In this document: positions 34,124-46,985 of the stretch, in pieces
How positions within the stretch are numbered: position 1 is the stretch's first letter
Layout: each line of letters starts with the position of its first letter
Source: Mobula hypostoma
Lineage: Eukaryota
Length of the DNA: 64,000 nucleotides
Direction: 5' to 3'
Assembly: GCF_963921235.1 (NCBI RefSeq)
Contig: NC_086118.1
Coordinates: 5,580,001-5,644,000 of the forward strand
The notes under the pieces: generated by a model
Told to the model about the DNA's origin: nothing
What the model saw: the letters and a program-made list of their open reading frames with translations, nothing else
The model's database searches: none
Position numbers and translations under genes: made by a program

Positions 34124-34950
34124 CAATAAGGTGTGATATCTTCTCAAGGACGTCATCGTGTTTTATTGGCTTAAAATTGGTTCAAATACTCGCAGAAAGT
34201 AAGTGGTTGCTGGGAGGTTGAGAGACAGAGATGAAGAGATTGTGGATTTGAGGGAAGGGAGCATGGGGTTGAAGTTAAATGGCTGGAAGAGTGCAGATGT
34301 TGGGAGTTGATGAAATAGAATAGAGTGAATGGAGTGTTGGAGTGCTGGGAGAGTGTTTTATTTGGAGGAGGAAGGAACTGAGGAAGGGACTGGAATTGAG
34401 AGACAGTGTGGATATGGAAGTGCAGATTGGGGCAATTCACCAGGACCTGGGACTAGTTTTAATTAGTTCCACTTTGTCTTGCTGTTCCTTCCATATCACA
34501 TCTTTTGTAGTGCACTGAAACTAATACTGGCTTGGTCACCAACATCCAGCTGTAAGGTGAGGAACAATCAAACCCAGAGCTACTTGTACATGGTCTCTTC
34601 TCTCCCTGGGCTCTTAACTTCCCACCACCCTCTCTCTACAATGTATTACCTAAAACAATGATACTATCTATTTATTATGAACTTCAATGTAACCAAGTTA
34701 TTAGAGGGGTAAAGGAGCCTGGGGATGTGCAAGAGATCAAATGGATGTGGGCTTGGAGGACAAAGAAACACAAGCCCATGGATGGATCTGCTCATGAGAA
34801 TTTTAAAGTACTGTAGGTCATTTCATATTATAAAAGCCACACATCTTGGACCTTTCAAGAAGATTATTCTGATTAACTTGTTTAATTGCACAATTAAGCA
34901 CATTTTTATTTAAATCGTGGCCGTCCTCTTTTGGTTGTTTTGTATTTCAG

Positions 34951-34996
34951 ATGGACACCTGAGAGACAATGAATCGGAGTACATCCACTGGCTTGT
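34951..34996 (+). CDS. MRPL38: MRPL38 exon 6
   Basis: 46 bp, phase 1/2. DGHLRDNESEYIHWLV. Confidence 0.93.
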
Positions 34997-35239
34997 GTGA
35001 GTATTGGCAATGGGAGCTAAATGTTGCTCTGCATGTCGAATATCATTTTGTTCAGTAACAAGAAATAACTTCCATCTGATCTGCTTAATGATCTTTACCA
35101 CTTGGAGTACTGGATACTAAAACATCAAGTTATGACACACAGTACCTAAACTCATTAAATTTGGATGCTGTTAATTGAAGTAGACTTCCTATTATTATTT
35201 ATTATTATCATATCCAGCTTCTCTCTGTGCATGAGATCA

Positions 35240-35590
35240 TCCAAAACTTTGCAGCCTATATCCTAACTGAAGTCCTGGTGTTGATTGACCTGTGCTGTCT
35301 CCTGGTTGAAAACCATCTCTGTTTTAAAATTCCCATTTTTGTTTCCAAGTATGTCAGTGGTTTTGGCCTTCCTTATCTGTGCAATTTCCTCCATCCATCC
35401 AAGAAACATGTACTTTTTCAGTTCTGGCTTCCATAACATCCCCAGTTTTAATTAATTTAGAAGACACATCTTCAGTTGCCAAGATGCCAGGCAACACCAT
35501 GACTTCCCTTACTTTTGACCGTCGCTTATTCTGGCTGATAAGTTTCATTAAAATCAGTCCCCGACCAAGTTTTTTGCTTATCTGTCCTTG
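35240..35590 (+). mobile_element. Ancient L2 LINE 3' fragment
   Basis: Degenerate VLIDLCCLLVENHLCFKIPIFVSKYVSGFGLPYLCNFL resembles the L2 motif LHWLPV..RI.FKIL.LVFK...GLAP.YL. Confidence 0.5.
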
Positions 35591-36368
35591 CCTCCATCAA
35601 AAAAAAACTGCTCTCCATAACGGTAAACTTGAAACTATCATTTTATTGTAAAAAAAAATCTATCTGCTAGATTAATTCTTTCAAGGAATGAATTCTGCTG
35701 TCTTTATGTAATCTTGCTTGTGGGTATCTGCAGGATTACCAATGGGGATGATTTGGGAGCAATCAGGTGGGGATATCACTGGGAATGTTGCCATTCCCAG
35801 TGATATCCACATACATAATTAATAAATATACACATTACAACTTTCCAGGCTTTTTTCTTCAGGCTTTATATTTGCCTCTCCTGAGTGAAAGCATTAATCT
35901 TTTTGTCAGCAGACTTACTTGTTGTGCCTATACACCCTTTACTACTACTATTTTCAAATTTCTGTCTCTCAATATTTTACTTTCAACTAGAAGTTTATGT
36001 GTAATGTTTTAATATTTAGACCTAAATGTAAAAGACATTATCGAGAGGTTTGTAGATATTAAAAAATGCCCAGGGGTTGACTAAGGAGAGCCATAATTTG
36101 TAGGAAGGTAGAGATGATCTGGTGAGTTGAGCAGAAAAGTGGAAAATAATCCAAAGAATATAATATTATCCAAAGAAGGGGAGTGAATCCCCTGAGGGGG
36201 TTCAACAAGGGTTGCAGATGGCAGGTAAACTGTGTGGGAAGAAACCGAGAGACCTTGGAGTATACTGTATACCCAAAGCATCTTAAATGTAGCATGGCAG
36301 GTCTCAGGATATGGGAAAGGTGTGAGATTAGAGTAGACAGCCAGTATCTTTTTCCCAGGATTGAAATG

Positions 36369-37180
36369 ATAGATAGATATACTTTATTAATCCCGAGGGA
36401 AATTTGGTTTCGTTACAGCCGCACCAACCAAGAATAGAGCGTAAATATAGCAATACAAAAACCCCAACAATCAAACAACAAAATGCAAACTATGCCAGAT
36501 GGAAAATAAGTCCAGGACCAGTCTATTGGCTCAGGGTGTCTGAACCTCCACGGGAGGAGCTGCACATTCGATGGCTACAGGCTGGAACGACCTCCCGTGC
36601 CGCCAAGTGTTGTATCACGGTGGAATGTGGCCGAAGTCCAACAGTAAAAAGTTCAATATCCAGTCTGCAAACACGTTCCTCGATCGTAATATACCCCGGA
36701 TTGCACCATCTGTTGTTAGCCAGAACAGTAAGCACCGAACTCCTTTACGCTTACCACTCTCAGTGCACTTCCGGTCAGCTGGAACGGTATTACCCACCGA
36801 ACTCCTCTTCTCCATAAGTCTCTGTTGTCTCGACCCGGTCCTCTTTCCTCGGCTTTGTGATCCCCCTCTGTGTGTTCCGGATTTCAGCAGGGGTGTCCAC
36901 CGCTCTGTTCGCTAAGCCGGCCGGTCTTTGCTGGTCCGTGAAATACACAATGCGACCTCGCTTCTGTCCCGTGTGTTGGGATGTAACCATTTTCAGCGCT
37001 AAAGAAAACCCAAATAAAACTCTCTACCAGCATGTTAGAGAGGGTGCAGCTTCGACGTGTTACCGTGAGGAAAAAAAATACAAAAAAATAACGTAAATTA
37101 AAAAGTAAGAAGAAGAAAGTAAGAATAGATCGGAACGGCTGTACCAGGCTGCATGCACGACTGGCGCATGCGCACTAAAG
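36369..37180 (-). mobile_element. Non-autonomous, internally deleted Rex1/Babar-type element retaining both ends
   Basis: 5' UTR starting AGTGCGCATGCGCC. APE remnant ADRKCTESGKRKG...NNRWCNPGYITIEERVC.LDIELFTVGLRP. Jumps to the C-terminal RSFQPVAI, then AATAAAG and (TATC)n tail. Inserted in an older CR1 3' fragment. Confidence 0.78.
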
Positions 37181-38265
37181 TGTCTAATGTCTAATACCAG
37201 AGGGCACGTATATAAGGTGAGAAGGGGCAAGCTTAAAGGGGATGTGTAGGGCAAGTTTTTAATCACACAGTGGCTGGAATACGCTGCCTGGGATGGTGGT
37301 GGAGGCAAATATGATAGGTTCATTCAAGGGCTTTTAGATAGGTATGTGAATGTGCAGGAATTGGAAGGATATCGACACTTCAAATGCAGAAGGAATTAGT
37401 TGGGCACTACATTGTGGACCAAAAGGTTCGTTCCTATGCTGTACCATGTTCTATTCTGTCCTTTATTAGATTGGCATAGAAGAGGGTGATTGTGGTCAAG
37501 TTGTATACAGTAATAAATAGACTATAGTTTGAGTATTGCACACAGTTCTAGTCAACACCTCACATGAAAGTGTGGAGGTGCTGAGGAGATTTACAAGAAT
37601 ATTGTAAGGACTGTACAAGTTATAACCCAGTGGAAAGATTTACAAATTCCGTTTGTTTTCTGTGGAGCAGTGAAGCTGAGGTGAGTCGTAATTGAATTGT
37701 TTCAATATTATTGGGTGCATAAATAACAAGACTCTACTTTCCTTAGCAGAGGGTATAGATTTAGGTTAAATGCTAAAAGGGTTGGGTGAACTTGGATGTG
37801 TAGCTCAAGACTTATCATAGACAGACCTAACACTTGAAAGTGTGATTTGATTGTATAGTTTTTTTCAATCAGCACAGGTACAATGGCTGGGTGGCCTCAT
37901 TCAGTGTCATAAATTTTCTATGATTTTAGTGTTTGTGTAGTTCCCTTGTCATCTCCTTGGATTTACCAGTTATTCCCTTGCTTTTCCCCAACCCTTCTGG
38001 TTTGGTTTTATCTGCTGACTGGCATTTAGTTAGTGTGTTAGCATGAATGAAAGTTGATTCCTCGAGTACTCAACTGAGCACTTCTTTCTGACATCACTCC
38101 CCTAAAAATGTACCCAGTGATAGTTAAGCATTTACTTATATCCCATCTGTTCCAAATGTATATGTTAAGTTCTTAATGTGTATTATTGTGTCTGTTCTGT
38201 AAATGGTGAAATTGGCAAATTAAGGAATTTGGATCTGTTTTTTTCATTATATTTTTGTTATGCAG

Positions 38266-38424
38266 TGGTAATATTCCTGGGAATGCGGTATCAGAAGGAG
38301 AGGACATCTGCCACTATTTCCCACCCTTTCCTGCTAAAGGCACAGGATATCATCGATGCATCTTCATTCTCTTTAAACAAGATAAAGCAATTAATTTTAA
38401 AGATGACTCCAGGCCAAACCCTTG
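38266..38424 (+). CDS. MRPL38: MRPL38 exon 7
   Basis: Phase 2/2. [39 protein letters not shown]. Confidence 0.95.
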
Positions 38425-39831
38425 GTAAGGTTAAACAAATAGCTTCAAATGTAATCTCAATGCTTAAGGACTGGACTTGAGTCAGCATAGTACAAAGAGA
38501 ATACATTTACCATGATGTCTGCCTTGTCTCTTGAGCTCTTGGTGATATTTTCAGTATTAAGTATTGCAAAATTAATGGAAATAGAATTTGGCTACCAAGT
38601 TTTGACATCATGAAGCTCTCTCACTTCTGTATTTACCCATTTAGTGTCTCTGATCACTACCTCATTACTTTCTGTTGCCTGTTTTTTGCATTATTTATTT
38701 AACTATTTAATATATACTTTAATTCGGTTTTGTGCCTATATTATCATGTTTTGCGTTGTACTGCTGCCGCAAAGAACAAATTTCATGACATATGCCTGTG
38801 GTATGAACACTGATGTTGATCCTGATTAAAACTGAATTAAGTTCTATCTTAGATATAGTAGATAAATTAGATTCATAAACAACAAACCCTTCAACCCAGC
38901 TCATCCATGCTGGCCAGGATGCCTAACTACTTTATTCCAATTTGCCTGCATTTGAGCCATATCCCTCTATACCTTTCCTATCTATGTACCTGTCCAAATG
39001 ACTTTTAAGCATTGTAATTGTATCTGCCTTTTTATCTGTCCTAGCACCTCCTTTCATATATCCATCACCTTATGTGTGGATAAATTTCTCAGATCCCCTT
39101 TAAATCCTTCCCCTCTCACCTTAAATCTTTGCCCTCTCGTTTAATACTCCTTCTGGGAAAAATGGTGTAACCATTCACCTTAACTATGTCCCTTTTAATT
39201 TTATAAACTTCCATAAAGTCATCTCTCTGTAATGAGATCTTCAGGCAAATGAACCCAGGTGTGGAGTAAACTTGAGATTCAAAATAATGACGAGGATTTA
39301 TTTGAAGAACATAACAGGAATAACAAGTGACTTAGATTGTATGAGTCATTTGTTATCTCTGTCACATTCTTCGAATAAATCTTTGTTACTTTCTTTAGCC
39401 AGAGGGTGGTGAATCTGTGGAATTACCATGGACAGCTGTGGAGGCCAAGTCATTGAGTATATTTAAAGCAGAGGTTGATAGGTTCTTGGTCAGGGCATCA
39501 AAGATTATGAGGAGAAGGCAGGAGAATGGTGTTGAGAGGGATAATAAATGAGCCATGATGGACTGGTGGAGCAGACTTGATGGGCTGAGTGGCCTAATTC
39601 TGCTCCAATGTCTTATGATCTCTCTTGCTATACAATGTCTGACAGTCTTTGAGATTGTGTGTGTGTATATATGTGTCACCTTGTGAATGTGTTCTTAATT
39701 GCTTATAATCCCCCTCTTTGTGACTGGTCTGTTTGACATTAGGTGCAATAGATGACTGCATTCCTGAGTAAGCCATGGAATGGTCTTCCTCTGATATGTG
39801 CATATCTTATACACCTCTTATGTATTCATAG

Positions 39832-39968
39832 TTTCAGCTTGAAAATGCGAACCTTTAAAACATTTGACTTCTACAAGAAACATCAGGATTTGATGACTCC
39901 AGCTGGGATAGCCTTCTTCCAGAGTCGCTGGGACGAGTCTGTAACGCACACTTTCCATAATGTTCTCG
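39832..39968 (+). CDS. MRPL38: MRPL38 exon 8
   Basis: Phase 2/1. [40 protein letters not shown]. Confidence 0.95.
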
Positions 39969-40597
39969 GTAAGTCCTTGTACATCCTCCCATGTTGTGTG
40001 TGGTTAAAAAAAAAACAGTTGTAGACCTAGACCAGTGAAAGATGCCCTTTATTTTCAGGATGTGTAGAAATCCCTTCTTTTTGCCACTGACAAATAATGT
40101 GTGGTGGAAAAATAATACATTCCACCCTTGTGGAGCTGCCACAAAAGAAGAAATAATAATAATAAACCTGATTCTTTGAGATCCCCTTCCCCAAGTGCAC
40201 CCTTAGAATGACGCCTTGCCATCTGATGCAGCTCAAGTTGGAAATTGATTATGTGCTCCTGAGATTTGACACTCCAACATAGAGGCCATCCATAGGGATA
40301 AATGTATATGGATGCTGCATTCCCTGGAGAATGGTGGAGAAACTATCTGGTGCAATGTGACTTCCTGGGCTAAGTTTATTCATTTCTAACATTCCTCATA
40401 TATGGTGCAGGTTGAATAGAGATCAGCAGGCAGTGGAAGTAATGGGCGCTGAGCAACAACAACCCACTGGGCCTTGTCTCTAGTAACATTTAAAGGACCT
40501 ACATGTGCAGCACACACAGGAAAGCTGCGTTTTTTTATATCTGCTTATGTTCATGTATTGCAGACGTTTTGTGTGTCATCCAGCCATCACTGTGGTA

Positions 40598-41180
40598 CAG
40601 GTCTCCCCCGCTATCCAAATGTAGAGCGTTCCTATGAAACTGTTCGTAAGCCGAAATGGTGTAAAGCGAAGAAGCAATTACCATTAATTTATATGGGACA
40701 ATTTTTTGAACGTTCCCAGACCCAAAAAATAACCTACCAAATCATACCAAATAGCACTTAAAACATAAAATAACACTAACATATAGTAAAAGCAGGAATG
40801 ATATGATAAATACACAGCCTATATAAAGTAGAAATAATGTATGTACAGTGTACTTTCACTTAACAGAATTGGGAAGATTGAGCCAAAATCGATTTGTCGA
40901 AAAAAATCAGCATGTACACGCATGTGCACATCATGCATTCGCACATACACGCACATCACGCATGCACACGTACACACATTCGCAAATCACGCATGCACAG
41001 ACACATGCCCGTGCAAGGCTTCATGGTCATGGTAGTCTTTCTCGGGGTAAACACAAGTTCAAAGCGAGCATCTTTTTTCGTAAAAGCGAAAATCCTCTTC
41101 CTGTTAACCAAACCAGGTACCGTGTAGGTCTTTCGTAAAAGCGAAACGTCATAAAACGTTCAGAAAGCAGGGGACACCTG
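40598..41180. mobile_element. Tigger/pogo-type non-autonomous DNA transposon
   Basis: TA TSD on both sides. TIRs CAGGTCTCCCCCGCT / AGCAGGGGACACCTG. Internal CACGCATGCAC-like repeats at 40910-41010. Confidence 0.8.
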
Positions 41181-41496
41181 TATTCCCTTCATGTTCATTT
41201 GAGGTGAACTAACAGGCACCTAGCTGAGGCTTTGCTGCAGTTGCCATATGATGTATCCTGAGTAAGGTCACTCCACAACAAGGAAGATGTGCTGTTATGA
41301 GCAGTAATCAAGTGTGCCAGATGTTGAGAGACAGCAACCGTGTAAGGGACAAAATGCACTGTTTCATTGAAAGAGGAAATAATGAATGATTAAATTGGGG
41401 CTCTGAGACTGGATAGGTACCAATGACAGCAGTATTTATAAATGCACCAGACTGGGAAAATTCAGTCAACAGAAACCAGCACTAATACTATTTCAA

Positions 41497-44400
41497 GGCA
41501 TTTCCTTGCCCATTCTCCTAATCTGTCTAAACCCTTCTGCATCCTACCTGTTTCCTCAACACTACCTGCCCCTCCACCAATCTTTGTATCATCTGCAAAC
41601 TTGGCAACAAAGCCATCTATTCCATCATCTAAATCATTTATATACAGCATAAAAAGAAGTGGTCCCAACACCGAGCCCTGTGGCACACTACTAGTCACTG
41701 GCAGCTAACCAGAAAAGGATCATTTTATTCTTACTCACTGCCTCCTACCAATCAGCCAATGCTCTAACCATATTAGTAACTCTTAACTTGGGCTCTTAAC
41801 TTGGTAAGCAGCCTCATGTGTGGCACCTTGTCAAAGGCCTTATGAAAGTTCAAATACACAACATCCACTGCATCCCCTTTATCTATCCTACTTGTAATCT
41901 CAAAGAATTCCCAGGCAGGTAGTATTTTCCCTGAAGGAAACCATGCTAACTTTGTACTAACTTATCCTGTGTCCCCAAGTATCCCATCACCTCATCCTTA
42001 ACAGTTGACTCTAACATGTTCCCAATCACCGAGGTCAGGCTAACTGGTCTATAATTTCCTTTCTGCTGCCTTCCTCATTTCTTAAAGAGTGGAGTAACGT
42101 TTGCAATTTTCCAGTCGTCTGACACCATGCCAGAGCCCAATGATTTTTGAAAGATCATTTCTAGTGCCACCGCAATCTCTAACGCTACTTCTTTCCGAGC
42201 CCTAGGGTGCAGTTCGTCTGGTCTGGGTGATTTATGTACCTTTAGGTCTTTTAGCTTTTTGAGCACCTTCTCTCTTGTAATAGTAACTGCACCCACTTCT
42301 GTTCCTTCACACACTACAACATCAGGCACACTGCTAGTGTCTTCCACAGTGAAGACTGATGCAAAATACTCATTTAGTTCATCAGGCATCTCCTTGTCCC
42401 CCGTTATTATTTCTCCGGCCTCATTTTCTAACGGTCCTATGTCCACTCTCATTTCTCTTTTATTTTTGACGTACTTGGAAAAAAAATTACTATCACCTTT
42501 GATATTGTTTGCCAGCTTGCTTTCATATTTCATCTTTTCTCTTCTAATGATTTTTTTAGTTGCTCTCTCTAGGTTTAAAAAAAAAATCCCAATCCTCTAT
42601 CTTCCCACTAATTTTTGCTTTGTTGTATGCCCTTTCTTTTGCTTTTACAATTTCTTAGACTTCCCTTGTCAGCCATGTTGTACTATTTTACCATTTGAGT
42701 ATTTCATCATTTTTGGAATACACATGTCCTGCACCTTCCTTATTTTTTCCCAGAAATGCATGCCATTGCTGCCCTGCTGACATCCCTGCCAGCAGCTCCT
42801 TCCAATTTACTTTGGCCATCTCCTCTCTCATACCACTGTAATTTCCTTTACTCTGAAATACTGTACATCAGACTTTACTTTCTCCCTATCAAATTTCAAG
42901 TTGAACTCAATCATATTGTGATCACTGGTTCCCAAGGGTTCTTTTACCTTAAGGTCCCTAATCGCTTCCGGCTCATTACATAACACCCAATCCAGTATAG
43001 CTGATCCCTTAGTAGGCTCAACGACAAACTGCTGTAAAAAGCCATCTCTTAGGCATTCAACAAACTCACTCTCTTGAGATCTGTTATCAACCTGATTTTC
43101 CCAATCGACCTGCATGTTAAAATCTCCCATGACTACCATAACATTGCGACTCGCCTTTTGTATTTCCTGTTGTAATCTGTGGTCCACCTCCCAGCCACTG
43201 TTGGGAGGCCTGTATATAATTGCCATCAACATCCTTTTACCCTTGCAGTTTCTTAACTCAACCCACAAGGATTCAACATCTTCTGATCCTATGTCACATC
43301 TTTCTACTAATTTGATACCATTCTTTGTCAATAGAGCCACACCACCTCCTCTGCCTACCTCCCTTTCCCTCCGATCCAATGTGTAACCCTGGCTCCCAAC
43401 CACAGCCATCCTTCAACCACGATTCAGTGATGGCCACAACATCATACCTGGCAATCTGTAATATTGCAACAAGATCATCCACCTTATTTCTTATACTACG
43501 TGCATTTAGATACAACACCTTGAGTACCGTATTTGCTGTCCTTTCTGATTCTGCATCCCTAATGACTTGATACCTCAGTCTGTTGGCTGCAACTGAGTCC
43601 CATCACCTGCCTGCCCTTCCTGACAGTCTGACTGCACGCTATCTTTACTTTTTTTTATCATCTGTCCTATCCTGAGTACCTTCACTAAGGTTCCCCTCCT
43701 GCCAAGTTAGATTAACCCTCCCCAAAAGCTGTAACAAACCTGCCTGTGAGAATATTGGTCCCCCTTGGGTTCAGGTGCAACTGGTCACTTTTGAACAGGT
43801 CATACCTCCCCCAGAGGAGATCCCAATCATCCAAGCCCTGCCCCCTGTACCAGCTTCTCAGCTACGCATTTATCTGCCAGATCATACTGCCTTTACCCTC
43901 ACTGGCACGTGGCACATGTAGCAATCCAAAAATTAATACCCGTAAGGGCCTGCTTCTCAGCTTTCTACCTAGCTCTCTAAATTCTCTTTTCAGGACCTCA
44001 TTGCTTTTCCTTCCTATGTCATTAGTACCAAGACATCTGGCTGCTCCCTCTCCAAAATGCTGTGGACACGATCTGAGACATCACTGACCCTGGCAGCATA
44101 CCATCCGGGTGTCCTGTTTATGTCCACAGAATCTCCTGTCTTTTCCCCTCACTATAGAGTCTCCTGTCACTACCACCGCCACCTTCTTTCCCTTTCCCTT
44201 CTGCACCACAGACCCATGCTCAGTGCCTGTAACCCGGTCACTGTGACATTCTCCCGGGAGGTCATCTCCCACAAAAGTATTCAAAGCAGTATACTTGATT
44301 TTGAGGGGAATGGCCACAGGGGTGCTCTGCTCTAACTGCCTATTTCCATTTCTCCTGACTGTCACCCAGCTACTCATAGAAACATAGAAAACCTACAGCA

Positions 44401-46160
44401 CAATACAGGCCCTTTGGCCCACAATGCTGTGCCAAACATGTACGTACTTAAGAAATTACCTAGGGTTACCCATAGCTCTGTATTTTTCTAAGCTCCATGT
44501 ACCTATCCAAGGGTCTCTTAAAGACCCTATTGTATCTGTCTCCATTACTGTCACCGGCAGCCCATTCCACGCAATCACCACTCTGCATTTTTAAAAGAAA
44601 ACTTACCCCTGACACCACCTGTGTACCTACTTCCAAGCACCTTAAAACTGTACCCTCTTCATTCTAGCCATTTCAGCCCTGGGAAAAAGCCTCTGACTAT
44701 CCACAAGATCAACACCTCTCATCATCTTATACACCACTATCAGGTCACCTCTCATCCTTCGTCGCTCCAAGGAGATAAGGCCAAGTTCACTCAACCTATT
44801 CTCTTAAAGCATGCTCCCCAATCCAGGCAACATCCTTGTAAATCTCCTCTGCACCCTTTCTATAGTTTCCACATCCTTCCTGTAGTGAGGTGACCAGAAC
44901 TGACCACAGTACTCCAAGTGGGGTCTGACCAGGGTCCTATCTAGCTGTAACATTACCTCTCGGCTCTTGTACCCAATCCCACGGTTGATGAAGGCCAATT
45001 CACCATAAGCCTTCTTAACCACAGAGTCAACCTGCGCAGCAGCTTCGAGTGGCCTATAGACTCGGACCCCAAAATCCCTCTGATCCTGCACGCTGTCAAG
45101 AGTTTTACAATTAATACCATATCCTGCCATCATGTTTGACCCACCAAAATGAACCACCTCACACTTATCCGGGTTGAACTCTATCTGCCACTTCTCAGCC
45201 CAGTTCTGCATCCTATTGATGTCCCGCTGTGACCTTTGACAGCCCTCCACACTATCCACAACACCCCCAACCTTTGTGTCATCAGCAAATTTACTAACCC
45301 ATCCCTCCACTTCCTCATCCATGTCATTTATAAAAATCACAAAGAGAAGGGGTCCCAGAACAGATCCCTGAGGCACACCACTGGTCATCAACCACCATGC
45401 AGAATATGACCCATCTACAACCACTCTTTGCCTTCTGTCGGCAAGCCAATTCTGGATCCACAAAGCAAGGTCCCCTTGGATCCCATGCTGAAATCCAAAA
45501 ACATTACATCTACTGCTCTGCCTTCATCAACATGTTAGTCACATCCTCAGAAATTTCAATCAGGCTCGTAAGGCACCACCTGCCTTTGACAAAGCCATGC
45601 TGACTATTCCTAATCATATTATGCCTCTCCAAATGCTGATAAATCCTGCCTCTCAGGATCTTCATCAATTTACCAACCACTGAAGTAAGACTCACTGGTG
45701 TATAATTTCCTGGGCTATCTCTACTCCCTGTCCTGAGTAAGGGAACAACATCTGCAACCCTCCAATCCTCTGGAACCTTCCCCGTCACCATTGATGATGC
45801 AGAGATCATTGCCAGAAGCTCAGCAATCTCCTCCCTCACCTCCCACAGTAGCCTGGGTACACCCCTTCCAGTCCCGCTGACTTATCCAACTTGATGCTTT
45901 CCAAAAGCTCCAGCACACACTCTTTCTTAATGTCTATATGCTCAAGCTTTTCAGTCCCTACAGTCGGCAAGGTCCTTTTCCGTAGTGAATACTGAAGCAA
46001 AGTATTCATTAAGTACCTCCGCTATCTCCTCCGGTTCCATACTTTCCCACTGTCATGCTTGATTGGTCCTATTCTCTCACGTCGTATCCTCTTGTACTGT
46101 TATACTTGCCTCCTGTGACTTCGAGGTGACTCCGTCCCTGTAACTTTAATCAATTATCTC
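41497..46160 (-). mobile_element. CR1 LINE (ORF1 remnant, APE, RT; 3' end lost) in MRPL38 intron 8
   Basis: ORF1 remnant (VVTGDSIVRG), APE (LYLNARSIRNK, MGDFNMQVDW), RT ([18 protein letters not shown]). ORF1 resumes at about 46097-46160 after a nested CR1. Confidence 0.9.
44375..46095 (-). mobile_element. 5'-truncated CR1 nested in ORF1 of another CR1
   Basis: (TTTCTATG)n tail at 44375-44392 and RT ORF 44804-45463. Same subfamily as 4015-9174. Confidence 0.9.
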
Positions 46161-46714
46161 CTTTTACATCAGTTAATGCAGGGGTGGTGTAAATGAGTGG
46201 TTGATCATGCTGACTCCGTGGGCTGAAGGGCCTGTTTCCATGTATGTGTCAATAGCTCTTTGGCTCTGTAATAGTACTAATAAAATAGAAGGCTCTTAGT
46301 TTTAATGGGAGAAGATAGGCTTCTGTCTGCAGTTCATGTTTGCATGTGACAAATGCTGCAAAAGCTTCAGGGGTTTGACTGCATGCTGGTACTTAAGGCT
46401 GTACTGTTTTTGTAGTAATTTACAGAAGTACTGGCAAAGTTTGGGCTGTAGTTTGCAGTATACTCAGTAATGAAAGAAAAAATTGAACCTCTTGGTGGCC
46501 ACTTTAGGAATAGAGGAAATAGTGCTGTCATATCTCAATACACAGAGGACTGCGGGTAGAACTGTCCAAGGAAAGAATTAAAATTTATGTATTAGAATTC
46601 TATGAGAAACAAAACAGAATTGAAAATATCAGTGATTCCAGTGCTGGATAAAGGGATGGAAGAAATCAAGTCAGCAAAGGAGAGAATGATCAATAATTTC
46701 CTTGTATTTGGCAG

Positions 46715-46851
46715 ATATGAAGGAGCCAATATTTGAATATGACTTTCCTCCAGCTTACCATCCACCTCAGAGGAAGTACCCACATGGTAAGCCACTCCGA
46801 TACTTGGACCGGTACAGAGACAGCCATGAGCCTACCTATGGCATCTACTGA
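46715..46851 (+). CDS. MRPL38: MRPL38 exon 9 with stop
   Basis: Phase 1. [45 protein letters not shown] ends identically to the recalled human protein. The nine exons sum to 1164 nt. Confidence 0.96.
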
Positions 46852-46979
46852 TCCATCAGCAGCTTTCCACAGAGGCCCAACGTCTTCCACTACAGCTGTG
46901 GATGACTACCCAAGACTGCTCTATCATGCCAATTTCACATGGCCATCTACAAGATCAATTTCTCTGGTCGTGCAACGAA

Positions 46980-46985
46980 AATAAA
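46980..46985 (+). terminator. Probable MRPL38 polyadenylation signal
   Basis: AATAAA about 130 nt after the stop, followed by T/GT-rich sequence. Confidence 0.6.
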
